From Felis catus (Eukaryota): 64,000 nt of DNA. The stretch covers positions 15,874,001 through 15,938,000 of the forward strand of contig NC_058368.1 in assembly GCF_018350175.1 (NCBI RefSeq), read 5' to 3'. Every line of letters begins with the position of its first letter. Positions within the stretch are counted from its first letter, which is position 1. The translations under genes and the position numbers were made by a program. Below the pieces are notes generated by a model. The model made no database searches. It was not told the origin of the DNA and saw only the letters and a list, made by a program, of their open reading frames with translations. Below, one piece after another: positions 35,880-48,669 of this stretch.

Positions 35880-36222
35880 TTATGTTTGTTAGTTTGTTTT
35901 ATTTTGTTTTTTTATTTTTTTAAGACTAATTTTTAGAGCAGTTTAAGTTCGCAGCAAAAACGTTGAGTGGAGAATACAGACAGTCCCCGTATCCCCTATT
36001 CCCACATGCATAGCCTCCCCCACTTTGGACATCTCCCACCAGTGGTTCCTTTGTTACATTCAATGAACCTACAATGACACAACATTATCACCCAAAGTCC
36101 ATAGTTTACTTTAGGGTTCACTCTTGGCGCTGTACATTCTATGTGTTTTGACAAATGTGTAATGACATGTATACATTATAATAGTGTCATACAGAGTAGT
36201 TTCACTGTTCTAAAACTCTGGG
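35880..36222 (-). mobile_element. L1MC-like 3' end
   Basis: ttttagagcagtttaagttcgcagcaaaa...tcacccaaagtccatagtttactttagggttcactctt; TSD tggtct(aa/tt)tgttt. Confidence 0.85.
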
Positions 36223-36957
36223 CTGGTCTTTTGTTTATAACATTTTCTCTTTTATACACATTAGTACTGTTCTTTCTTGTATTTCTAATAACATGTCAGG
36301 GTTTTTAGTGACTTTTGGCGGGGGTTAGATAACTGACAACCAGTTACAATTATTGCAACCTGTGCCCAATGGTATGCAACAGAGGTGTGTATGTGGAACT
36401 GGAAGGAATTAGTAGCATGATCAAACCTATTCTTTCAGGCCACCTATGAAGTATTTTGTGTTGCACAGAGCATTTAACTACTTTATTTGAAACTTTAGGA
36501 CCCTTGAAGAGAATGTGACATTTTAAGCCATATGTTTCCATAATAGTCTTCAAATTCCAAATGTCAAATCTATTTACAATAACTCTGGCTTCTGAAAGAA
36601 ACTATTTTATAGTTCTGCCTCTTCTTTGGCCTTATATTCTGTCCCACAATTCAGTAGTAAATGTCATTGGTAAAGCTTTGATTTATTTCTGGGAAAGTCT
36701 TCCTGGATTTTTCTTCATGGTTTCCTTAAGAAATTGGAAGTTATGCATATCCAGACTATGTTCATTTTATTTGACAAACTGTTTGCATTAAAAGAATTTA
36801 GAAAAATTTTGGTTACTAATATCTGACTTGCTTCTCTCCTAGGCATCAGGGCTCTGGTTTGCCTAGACACTTAGAAACTGTGCATTTTGATTATTCCCAT
36901 AACTTCTTTACCAGGTTATAATGCTCGGCCATTTAAAATACTATTGTCTTTTGCTTT

Positions 36958-37183
36958 TATAAAAGTTTTTATTTATTTATTTTGATAGAGAGCACAAGCA
37001 GGGGAGGGGCAGAGAAGGAGAGAGAGAGAGAGGAAGAGAGAGAGGGAGAGAGGGAATCCTAAGCAACCTCTGCACTGTCAGCCCAAAGCCTGATGTGGGG
37101 CTTGATCTCACGAACCATGAAATCATGACCTCAGCCCAAATCAAGAGTTGGATGCTCAACTGACTGAGCCACCCAGAAGCCCC
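36958..37183 (-). mobile_element. CanSINE
   Basis: SINEC body; TSD tgtcttttg(c/t)tttt. Confidence 0.95.
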
Positions 37184-40179
37184 TGTCTTTTGTTTTTAAT
37201 GAAAGCTCAAAATTATGTTACTTAGATTATCTGCTTTAACTTTGTAGATCTGGAGTGGGGGAGCCCACTGATAATCAGAGTATAGTTTCAGACAATATCC
37301 CTCTCCTACTCTATAGAACAGGTTGCCATATATACAGTAGAGTTGTAAGGATCCCCAAAATTCTGTTCTGCTAGAGTTATTGCTGCCAGACTGGATGGAT
37401 TTTGCTCAGATTTAACATAATTTACAGATTCCTTTTTGTATAATTGTGGAATTTTCAGATGACTTCAAATGGAATGTTTTTCATTTTAGAGGTCTTAGAA
37501 AGGGCAGTGTTGAACATCAGTTAAAGTTCAGATTCTGTATTATGAAAAACTATATGTTAACAAATTGGATAACCTAGAAGAAATAGATAAATTCCTATAA
37601 ACATATAATTTATCAAAACTGAAATAGGAAGAAATAGAAAATTTGAACAGAACAACAACCAGCAAAGAAATTGAAACAATAATAAAAAAAAAGTCCCAAC
37701 AAAAAAGTCCAAGACCAGATGACTTCACAAGCAAATTTACCAAACATTTAAAGAATAGTTAATACCTATTCTTCTCAAACTATTCCAAAAAGTAGGAGAG
37801 AAGGAAAATTTCCAAATTTATTTTGAGACCAGTATTACCCTAATACCAAAATCAGATAAAGACACCACAAAAAAAGAGAACTACAAGCCAATATCTCTGA
37901 TGAACATAGATGCAGAAATCCTCAACAAAATACTAGCAAACAGAATTCAACAATACATTAAAAAAATCATTCACCACAATCAAGTGGGATTTATTTCTGG
38001 GTTGCAAAGGTGGTTTGATATTTACAAATCAATCAGTGTGATACATCACATTAATAAATGAAAGGATAAGAATCATATGATCATTTCAATAAATGCAGAA
38101 AAAGCATTTGACAAAGTTCAACATCCATTCATGATAAAAACCTTCAACAAGTAAGGAACCTACTCAACATAATAAAACCCATGTTAATATCATCCTCAAT
38201 GGGAAAAATGAGAGTTGCTGATGAAATCGTAGAATGTTTTTAAAGTGTCATTTTCACAATCATGTACTAGGAAGCCAATTTCATACTGAACTGATTAAAT
38301 AATACATTTTAATCTAACACTGTTTGCACTTACAGCTTTTTTGTAAATAGAAACTATAATTTATTGTCTATTTCACATCTGTTTTACTGTAACATTTAAG
38401 GAAACACCAGACTTTTTTTTTTTTTTTTGAAGAGTTTGTTTAGAAAGTATCATAGTGTAAATGGTTGGGAACAAGACAAGGATGTCCACTCTCACCATTG
38501 TTATTTAAGATAGTATTAGAAGTTGTAGTTACAGCAATCAGACAGCAAAAAGAAATGAAAATCATGCAAATCAGCAAGGAAGAAGTAAAACTTTCACTAT
38601 TTGCCAATGACATAATACTATATATAGAAAACCCAAAAGACTCCACCAAAATAACTGCTAGAACTGATAAATGAATTTAGTAAAGAAACAAGATACAAAA
38701 TCAATGTACAGAAATCTGTAGTATTTTTATACACCAATATTGAAGCAGCAAAAAGAGAAATTAAGGAATCAATCCTATTTACAATTGCACCAAAAATAAT
38801 AAGATACCTAGGAATAAACCTCACCAAAGAGGTAAAAGACCTGTACTCTAAGAACTATAACACACTTTCATTAGTGTGATGAAAGAAACTGAAGATGATG
38901 CAAAGAAAAGGAGAGACATTCCATATTTATGGATTGGAAGAACAAATATTGTTAAAATGCCTGTACTGTCCAAAGTAATTCAGACTTAATGCAATCCTTA
39001 TCAAAATACTGCCAGCATTTTTCACATTTAAGAAACGCTCGTAGAATGTGTATGGAACCACAAAAGAACCCAAATAACCAAAGTAGCCTTCAAAAAAGTG
39101 AAGCAAAGCTAGAGGCACCATAATTCCGGACTTCCGGTTATATATCAAAGATGTAGTAATCAAAACTGTATGGTATTGGCACAGAAATAGACACATAGAT
39201 CAATGGAACAGAATAGAAAACCTAGAAATGTACCCATGATTATATGGTCAATTAATCTGTGACAAAAGAGGAAAGAATATCCAGTGGCAAAAAGACCGTC
39301 TCTTCAATGAATGATGTTGGGAAAACTGGACAGTAACATGCAAAGGAATGAAATTGGGCCACTTTCTTACACCATACACAGAAATAAATTTAAAATAGAT
39401 TAAAGAACTAACTGTGAGACAGGAAACCATCTGAATCCTAGAAGAGAACACAGGCAGTCAGTAACATCTTTGACCGAGGCCAAAGCAATCTTTTTAGATT
39501 ATGTTATGAGGCAAGGGAAACAAAAGAAAAAATAAATTATTGGGACTACCTCAAAATAAAAAGCTTCTGCACAGCAAAGGAAACAATCAATAAAACTAAA
39601 AGGCAGCTGATGGAATGGGAGAAGATATTTTCAAATGACATATTGGATAAAGCGTTAGTAACCAAAATCTATAAAGAACTTAAACTCAACACTCCAAAAA
39701 CAAATAATCTAGTCAAGAAATGGGCAGAAGACATGAATAGACACTTTTCCAAAGAAGACATCCAGATGGCTAACAGACATGAAAAGAAGCTCAACATCAC
39801 TCATCATCAGAGAAATACAAATCAAGACTACAATGAGGTACCACCTTACACCTGTCACAATGGCTAAAATGAACAACTCAGTGAACTGAACAGATGCTGG
39901 CAAAGATGCAGAGAAAGGGGGACACTTTTGCACTGTTGGTGGGAATGCAAACTGGTGCAGCTACTATGGAAAACAGTATGGAGGTTCCTCAAAAAATTAG
40001 AAATAGAGCTATCCTACCACCCAGAAATTCCTTTGCTAGGTATTTATCCAAAGAATATGAAAATGCTGATTCAAAGGGACACACATGCCCCTTTGTTTAT
40101 AGCAGTGCTATCAACAATAGCCAAGTTATGAAAAGAGCCCAACCATCTATCGACTGACAAATAGCTAAAGAAGATGCAG

Positions 40180-40443
40180 TGTGTATATATATATAAAATA
40201 TATATATATTATATATATATTATTATATATATTATATTATAATATTATAATATAATATATATAATATATATAATATATATAATATATATAATATATATAA
40301 TATATATAATATTATATATAATATAATATATATATGTTATATATATAATATATATAATATAATAATAATAATATTATAATATTAATATTATAATATATAA
40401 TATATTATATATTATATATATATATACACATACATACACACAC
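40180..40443. repeat. AT-rich low-complexity expansion ((TA)n/(TAA)n mosaic)
   Basis: ~260 bp almost purely A/T within L1, ending in a short CA-rich stretch. Confidence 0.97.
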
Positions 40444-40661
40444 AATGGAATATTACTGACTGATCAAAAAGAATGAAATCTTGCCACTTGCAACAATGTG
40501 GATGGATCTAGAGTGTATTATGCTAAGCAAAATAAGTCAGAGAAAGACAAATATCATATAACTTCACTCATATGTAGAATTAAGAAACCAAACAGATGAA
40601 CATAGGGGAAGGGAAGGAAAAATAAGATAAAAACAGAGAGGGAGGAAAACAATAAGAGATT

Positions 40662-40874
40662 TTAAAGTTTTTTTAAATTAATTTATTTATTCTTGAGAAA
40701 GAGAGAGAGAGCATAAGCAGGGGAGAGGCAGAGAGAGGGAGAGAAGGAATCCCAAGCAGGTTCTGCACTGTCAGTGCAGAGCCCAATGTGTGGCTTGAAG
40801 TCATGAACTGTGTGATCATGACCTGAGATGAAATAGAGTTGGACGATTAGCTGACTGAGCCACCCAGGTGCCCC
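40662..40874 (-). mobile_element. CanSINE in L1 3'UTR
   Basis: TSD aagagattttaaa/aagagactcttaaa. Confidence 0.92.
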
Positions 40875-41069
40875 AAGAGACTCTTAAATACAGAGAATAA
40901 AGCTAAGGGTTGCTGGAGGGGAGGTCAGTGGGGGATGGGCTAAATGGGTGATGAGCATTAAGAAGGGCACTTGTTGGGATGAGAACTGGGTGTTATATGG
41001 AAGTGATGAATCACCGGGATCTATCCCTAAAACCAATACTACACTGTATGTTAACTAACTTGAATTTAT

Positions 41070-41279
41070 CATTTTTTTTTTTTTTTTAATTTTTGGGACA
41101 GAGAGAGACAGAACATGAATGGGGGAGGGGCAGAGAGAGAGGGAGACACAGAATCGGAAACAGGCTCCAGACTCCGAGCCATCAGCCCAGAGCCTGAAGC
41201 GGGGCTCGAACTCACGGACCGTGAGATCGTGACCTGGCTGAAGTCGGACGCTTAACCGACTGCGCCACCCAGGCGCCCC
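41070..41279 (-). mobile_element. Young CanSINE
   Basis: CpG-rich; perfect TSD taacttgaattta. Confidence 0.96.
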
Positions 41280-41579
41280 ATAACTTGAATTTAAATAAAT
41301 AAATTTAAAAAAATAAAGAACATAACAAATGAGCAAAGGGGAAAAAAAAAAGAGAGAAATGCAAACCAAGAAATAGACTCTTAACTATAGGGAACAAAGT
41401 GATGATTACCAGAGGAGAGATGGTTGGGGGATGGGTTAAATAGTTGACGTAGATTAAGGAGTGTACTTGTCATGACGACCACTGGGTCATGTATGGAAGT
41501 CTTGAATGAGTATATCATATACCCGAAACTAACATTACATTATACATTAACTGGAATTTAAATAAAAAGTTAAAAATAA

Positions 41580-41790
41580 GAGTTTATATTCTGGACCTAG
41601 AAGCTCAAATACTAGTTATAACACTCAGAAGCCAAGTGATCCTAGGAAAAGTGAGTTTTGCTTTTTTTTTCATTTTCATATAGGGGTAATAATACCAAAC
41701 TCACAAAGTTCTATCTAGGATTAATTGAAATAAGGCATGCAAAGCTCTTAAGTTGGCCTGGTATACACTAAACCCTCATTATATTCATGG
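41580..41790 (+). mobile_element. MIR (5' bit at ~37500-37537)
   Basis: ggggtaataatacc...aggattaattgaaataa...gcaaagctctta...gcctggta. Confidence 0.55.
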
Positions 41791-42339
41791 AAGAATAAAA
41801 ATGGTAATAATGTATGCTTGAACTACAAATTGGGTTTACAAAGTCTTTTTCTCCTCTTTGGATATAATGGTCACCCTCTCTACCCCAAGTACACTCCCTA
41901 AAGTGTTTGGTTTTTTGTTTTGTTTTTATTATAACAGTACCTTGTAATTCTTATGTAAGTCCAGAGACTAAACTGGCTTGGCTTAAAGTAGGTACTGGGA
42001 TAGTACATCCTGAATGAGTAAGTACACTTCAGCATAGAGTGCCTGCCTCAAGTCTGACAGGTGGGCTTTGTCATTATATCATTATCACCTGTCACCACCA
42101 TCATCACCATAATCCCATTATTTCCATGTTAGTCTTCCAGGCCAGTACCAACTGCTGGGAATACAAAGGAGTCAAAAGATAAGGTTCTTTCCTGGAAGGA
42201 CTTCAGGTCAATTTAGGATGTCTGGACATGGGCAAAATAAAAAACAAAACACAAAAGAAATAATTCAAAGTAGCACATTTGAGTGTTGAATGAGTACACA
42301 CTATAATTGTGGTTAGTATTTATTTAATGATGAAAAGCA

Positions 42340-42540
42340 CAGGCATTGTAACCATCCAGTCTTATTTTACATTTAGCCATTTATTTGCTGTGTACTCTTG
42401 GTCAAATTATTTTTTATTCTCTGTTACTGAATTTTAAAAATAGGCTTTTTTTTCCCCCTTGGGAACCATAAAGTGAAAATGCATAGAATGTGTTCAAAAT
42501 AGAATCTGGCACATAGAAATCAACCAGTAAATTGTAGTTA
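42340..42540 (+). mobile_element. MIR
   Basis: atttatttgctgtgtactcttggtcaaatta...tctggcacatag. Confidence 0.5.
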
Positions 42541-42634
42541 ACGGTCCTGTAGAAGAGAAGGCCACCTATGGGGGTTGGAGATTTCATAGGAGGAAAAAAA
42601 AACATAATAAGAACAGGATTAAAAATGGCTTCCT

Positions 42635-42882
42635 GGGGTGCCTGGATGGCTCTGTCTGTTGAGCCATCTGACTCTTGATTTTGGCTCACATCATGATCCC
42701 AGGGTCTTGGGACTGAGCCCCACCTCAGACTCTGCTGAGTATGGAGACTGCTTAGGATTCTCTTTATTTCTCTCTCTCTCTCCTTCTGCCCTTCTCCCCT
42801 GCTCATATGCTCTCTTGCTCTCTCTAAAATAAAGTAATAAATTAAATTAAATTAAATTAAATTAAATTAAATTAAAATAAAA
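42635..42882 (+). mobile_element. Older CanSINE with (TTAAA)n tail
   Basis: TSD taaaaatg(g/a)cttcct. Confidence 0.92.
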
Positions 42883-43644
42883 TAAAAATGACTTCCTTAC
42901 ACATTACTTAAATTTTCTGGAGTCAGTTTGCAAATAATACAGTATAGGGTGGTATATGGAGTGAGGAGGAATATGTGATTGTGTTACTGAATATCAGGTG
43001 CAGAATCATATTCTCACTCATAGAAATTTTTGGCATAGTTTTTATCTATCACCTTTCTGAAGCCTGAATTGAAATTGATATGCTTTATTGTCGAAGAGGT
43101 AACTGATACAATCAATGACAGTCTATAAAATGGAATAATATTTTGAAATATAACTGCAGTCAAAGCTCTTCTAATCAGTACTTTTGTGATTACTGTATAT
43201 GCCCCTAAAAAGCAATAGTATCTTGCTTTTAATCCAAATATTAATTGCAAATAATCCAAATATTATTTGTAGCTAAACTAAAAGGAAAGATTCATTTTTC
43301 ATGCTTTTTTAAATTGGATTAGGTAATTCAAACACATATTAAACAAGTCACAGAATAAGAAAGAGCCTACGGTAACAGTAAGTTTCTTTACCACTCCTTT
43401 TCTTTACTTCCCAGGTTCTCCTTCTTGGAAGGAATCCCTGATGTCTATTTCTTCCATGGATAGTTTATAAATCTAGATATATTGCCCTGTTTTTAAAATC
43501 ACAAAACATTTATAGTGTGCCCATTCTTACATCTTCATTTAATATTTATTACTTACTCATTTTATATTTGTTTTTAGGACTCTATAGTCTGAAATATGCA
43601 ATTGGAAAATTGAATTACTCTAGTGAGATGCTACAATGATAAAA

Positions 43645-43880
43645 GCTAGCATTTGTTGAATATGTAATGTGTTCCATGAAGTTTACACTGATTATATCAT
43701 TTTTTTTTCTCATAATGACCCTAGGAAGTGGGTGTCATTTTTGTGCCTATTTTATAGATGAGAAAAACGAGGTCTAGAAATATTAAATATCTTGCCTATG
43801 ATCATAAAGCTAAATAGGCTGTGGAGTTAAGACGCACATAAGGTGGTTTGACTCCTAAGCTCACACATTAAATGCTCTGT
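43645..43880 (-). mobile_element. MIR
   Basis: agcatttgttgaa...cctattttatagatgagaaaaacgagg. Confidence 0.75.
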
Positions 43881-45384
43881 TGCTTCTAAGATTTCATTGT
43901 TTTCATTTTTAAGAAGACAACCGTAAATGTTATTGTATAAAAAAATAGAAGACAGTATGAGAATAACAGTGACGGTGGTGACAGAAATGGTAAAGTCTTT
44001 ATCAGTGTTGAAAGGATGTCTAAGAAGGGAAGAAGTTCTTGGTAGACCAGATAGACCTGAGGACTGATGAGGGCAGCTGAAGCTGCTGCAGTGGTGTCAG
44101 GGCATCAGCAGCGAGGGAGCTCCAGATTCAGAAGATGTCACCAAGCCTGAGGAAGTTGTGGTGATGGATGCCGGCACACAATAGCCCATAGCTGGCACAT
44201 AATAGTACTGTTGTGAAGATGGTATGATTAGTCATAAGTTCTAGATGAAAAACTGAAGCTCACGTAAGTTGCCCTGGGTCTCACACAGCTGGAAAGTGAC
44301 AGGACTCAGATTCAAAGCCAGACTCCAGTGCCTCCTAGGAAGGAGGTGATGTGTTGTCCTGCTTGCAGCACCTGGTGGACACACCAGCCTTGAAACCACA
44401 GCTTTGTGTCACTTATTGGAGTGGTTTCAGACTTTTTCATGCTAAATTTTTGTAACATGTTTTCAGTGCAAGTTTGCAAGAAAGTCCCATATGAGACTGA
44501 AGTAGGAGTGGTTGTATCCCTGTCATCCTCTTAACGTGGTTACCCTCTTCCCATCCCCTGGAATGCCCCAAGGAAGTTACATGTAATCAAGTTTGAAACT
44601 ATCATTTCTACTTCTGGGATGAAAATTCTTTCTGATGACAAAACGTGTAGGAAGCACTGCTCTTCATTGACTAAAAGACTGGTACGTTCTGGTCAGGTTC
44701 GGTGAAAACTTCTGTCCTCAGCTTTGCTTTTATAAGGTTAATTTTGACTATATCATTATTTCAAAGGACATAACCTGGAGCTAGAGAAAGATGGTATTGT
44801 CCCTCAGAGTGTAGTCAAGTGCTTTATTCTGAGAACCTAATGTAACTCTTAAGATAATAACAGCATTTGGCAGGCCTTTGTTTAAAGTTTTCTCCCGTAC
44901 AATCTCAAATTCCAGCAATGTAAAGGGCTAGTCTTTCCTTTGTCTGGAATGATGAATGCTAGAATAGAGTCTACATGCTAACTTAATTTCAGAAATATTT
45001 TATACAAAACTTCTCTCATCTGCTATTGCAATGTTCTTATGAACATGCAAAATTTTACTCAAGGACCTCTGGCTTTGGTCCTAGCTGTCTGGAAGCTATG
45101 AAATGAATGCTGCCAGGTATATCACAGGATGTGCCCATATAACTGAGCAGAAAGACAGACTCTCATATGGAAGCAAATGAAATAATGAAGGACTTCTTAA
45201 AGTCCCATCAAAATTATTGTATGGAATTATTTATAGCAGGCAAAAGGAAACACAGCTGCATTTTCAATGATTTTTGAAAATACTCTTTAAAATACTGGCA
45301 ATGGCAGAGAAAATTAAAAATTTAATATAATTTTTTGGTTATACGGTATATTTTATAAACACATAGTCCTTTTTCATAACTGAC

Positions 45385-45600
45385 ACAGTGAAAGGTACTT
45401 TGATTGTAGATGGAGAACTGAGAACTCAGTTCAAGCTCTAGATCCTTTATTTTATAAATATGTGACCTTGGGCCAAGTAACATTTCTGAACCTCAGTTTC
45501 TTCTGTAAATTGGGGCCAGTACTCCACCTCGTCTGGTTCTTGTGAGGCTTGAGTGAGATATGTATAATCTATAAAATACTGTGCACATAAACTATATTAA
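45385..45600 (+). mobile_element. MIR
   Basis: tgtgaccttgggccaagt...tctgaacctcagtttcttctgtaaattgggg. Confidence 0.8.
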
Positions 45601-45779
45601 TTATATGACTCCCAATGTCTAAAACTTAGAATCATAAAATCATATATCTTAAAGGAACATTAGAGGACATCCATATATGCATATTATCTTTAACATTTAA
45701 AAATCATTGTCCCATCTTTAGACATTTTCAGCAATGGGTTCATACTATTTAGGATGCAGGCAATTCCATATTTGGCAAG

Positions 45780-46180
45780 TGTCCCAGGTTGGGTTCCTCT
45801 GGAGGCAGACTCAAAGTGGGAAATGAGGGTGCAGGGCATTCATTAGGAAGTGCCCTTGGCATCATCCCTTGAGGAAGAGTGGGAAGGAGGCAAGATTGGA
45901 CAGAGGGAGAATTCAAGCTGTGATGCAGTCCCAGTGAAAGCTTCTACTGAACCCACAGTGAACTCATAATTCACTGATGTGGCCCATCAGAGTTGTCATA
46001 AGTTGGACTAAAGTGCTGGGTTTTTATGCCCCATTATTGACCAGTCATTGGATTTTGGGCAAGGCAGTTTTCTTCAACTGAGGCAGTCCTCACAAAAGAC
46101 TACAAGCTGAAGATCATCTTCTGCAATTAGTGGAGCAAGTCTTTCCTTTGTCAAGGAGTACCTAGGCATCACAGTATCAA
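45780..46180 (-). mobile_element. ERVL LTR (LTR16-like)
   Basis: tgtcccaggttgggttcctctggaggcagactc...gattggacagagggagaattcaagctgtgatgcag. Confidence 0.75.
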
Positions 46181-46308
46181 CTAGGTCATCCTGCAGATAA
46201 GACATTTTGTTTTATATTGAGTGGAAGTCTTCCTCACTGTGGCTATCTTGTAAGCTACTCTCGTTTGAGTCAATTCAAAGTCTTATCAATATTTTTATAA
46301 CAGAGACT

Positions 46309-46533
46309 TTTTTTTTAATTTTTTTTTCAACGTTTTTTATTTATTTTTGGGACAGAGAGAGACAGAGCATGAACGGGGGAGGGGCAGAGAGAGAGGGAGA
46401 CACAGAATCGGAAACAGGCTCCAGGCTCTGAGCCATCAGCCCAGAGCCTGACGCGGGGCTCGAACCCACGGACCGCGAGATCGTGACCTGGCTGAAGTCG
46501 GACGCTTAACCGACTGCGCCACCCAGGCGCCCC
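46309..46533 (-). mobile_element. Very young CanSINE (SINEC_Fc-like)
   Basis: Nearly all CpGs intact; TSD agagactt. Confidence 0.97.
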
Positions 46534-47668
46534 AGAGAGACTTCTTTAATATATTTTGGCAGCACTAGTGCTATCCTAAAATTTGGAAAGAATCAAATCA
46601 GTATGCATAATCAAGCTTCATAATATTACATACGGGGCAATAACAAAATCAATTACATACAGAGGCGGACTTCATGCTTCAAGAAACAAAACACAGACAG
46701 AATAGTTACTGTGAGTGGAGCTTTTGGACAAAACTTCCAAGTGAGATATAGGTATCATAGAAGAAAGAGATTTTAAGTAATTTTTGAGTTTAGGTTTTTA
46801 TTTTTTTAATATCTTTCTGAAGGATGCCTTATCATGGCTTAGGGGAGTTTTAAGGAATGAAAACATTTAAAGAAATAGGGTAGATGTTGGCAACTACTAT
46901 GGATAAAGGAAAATTATTCATAGCACAAAAAATATCTTGGAAGGTTGTGCAGATGTAGGAAATAAAGTGACCAAGATTTAGGTGATGCCCTAACAATACA
47001 GAATGGTAAAAGAAAAGCAGGCAAGAGCATTGTAAGAATATAAATTCTGAAAGCTAAAGTAGAGTCTGTTGGCCAAGAAATTCCATCAAAATTCTTAATT
47101 ACATGAGCTTCCTCTTGTTTTCCTTATAACATCAATGTGTACTTGTATATATGTGCATATATGTTTGATTCTTTCATTCCCTCAGAGAACGGAGAGAATT
47201 TAAATACTTTGCACTTCAGTATATTACATGTCTTGGTTGCTCTATGTATATACATGTTACATGTCTGTGTACATACAGTATATCACATATCTTTGCTCTA
47301 TGTAGTGTGTATGCTTTTTCTTCAGGACACAGAATTTTTAGGATATATTTCTCTTTTGCATTCAATAATTTTTCCTATAATTTAAAGCCATGAAATTGAA
47401 TTGTTTTTCATTCTCAGTGCATTAAGCCCTCATGGAAAGGCTCTTTTATTTTCTTATTTGTGGAAATTTCTTGCTGTCACATTCTGGCATTCTTCCACAC
47501 AATAAGCAGTTGTGTAGTGTTGGCAAATGTCCATGAATCTAGTTCTAAAGAAATGTATCCTTCACTGTGTATCTCCCATTTCCTCTTGACCTGACCTCTC
47601 TCTTTGACCTGACTTGATTTATCTAAATATGTTGGTGGTGCCAAGTTCCTTCTGATTTTCCCACTCAG

Positions 47669-47686
47669 CCCCCCCCCCCCCCCCCC
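47669..47686. repeat. C18 homopolymer
   Basis: Read directly. Confidence 0.95.
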
Positions 47687-48454
47687 GCCAACCACAGACA
47701 CACCCAAACAAATCTCTAGGGAAAGTTATGTTGGCTTTGGGGGAGGATGGTTGTAAAGGCAGAATGAGGAAGTTGGAGAGTAATGGCAGGAATTCAGCAG
47801 ATTATTATAAGACAGATTGATTCAAATGATGAGTTACTCTCATATTTTGAGTACGTGACATGGTGTCTTCACTTCTTTCCTTTTCATGTAGCAAGTGGCT
47901 ACTCATGTACCCAGGAGAGAATAAGTCATATCTGCTCTGTTTCCTGTTCTATGATTTGGGTTATACCATATTGCCAAAATCCGGAAAAGGATGGAGCCAT
48001 TGTTTGCTGACATAGTGCATGGAGTTCAGTTGAGGAATAGGGACAGCTAAATGCTTCCAGAAATAGAGGTGGTGCAGTTTCCACCAGTGCACCAATGTCA
48101 ACCTACCTTAAAAGTTTTGCTTATCTAGTCAGGACTGCATTTGAAATACAGAGCCCTCTCCACTTTCTGTTATCATTACCATCTCCAAAATACAAAGTTT
48201 CTTTTAGTGACCTAGCACTGTATTAATTTTTTTGCCAGGAAGAATTATTTTCTAGTCTTCTGTGAAGGTCTTTTTCTTCGGTCAGTCCATAGATTCCTTT
48301 TGCTGGAAATATCATCGATCTACGGTGAATTTAATTTCAGCCATCACATCACCTACCTACCAACCTTGTTTTCTTCTTCCCTTCCTCCCTCTCTTCTTCC
48401 CTCCCTACCTTCCTTCTTCTTTCCCTCCACCCCTTCCATCCTTACTCCCTCCCT

Positions 48455-48477
48455 TTTTAAATGTTTATTTATTTTTT

Positions 48478-48511
<34 letters not shown>

Positions 48512-48647
48512 CAGAATCTGAAGCAGGCTCCAGGCTGTGAGTTGTCAGTACAGAGCCCGACGCAGGGCTTGAACTCAAGAACTGAATTGTGAAATCATGA
48601 CCTGAGTCAACGTCGGATGCTTTACTGACTGAGCCACCCAGGTGCCC
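48455..48647 (-). mobile_element. CanSINE next to (CCTT)-rich tract
   Basis: SINEC body; TSD tccct(c/t)cctttt; CT-rich tract 48365-48453. Confidence 0.93.
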
Positions 48648-48669
48648 TTCCCTTCCTTTTTTTTTTCTT

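Larger units (their letters stand above)
37538..41577 (+). mobile_element. Composite L1 (ORF2 remnant, foreign insert, two 3'UTRs) inserted in a MIR
   Basis: [13 protein letters not shown]...[19 protein letters not shown]; degenerate TSD aaagttcagattctg/agagtttatattctg. Confidence 0.93.

Noticed and set aside
32170..37500. Argument that all stops revert to Gln/Arg by C-to-T
   Set aside because: True of every stop codon, so it carries no evidential weight
44071..44184. GC-richer stretch reading GISSEGAPDSEDVTKPEEVVVMDAGTQ
   Set aside because: Short, bounded by stops, no splice acceptor; probably old repeat or chance
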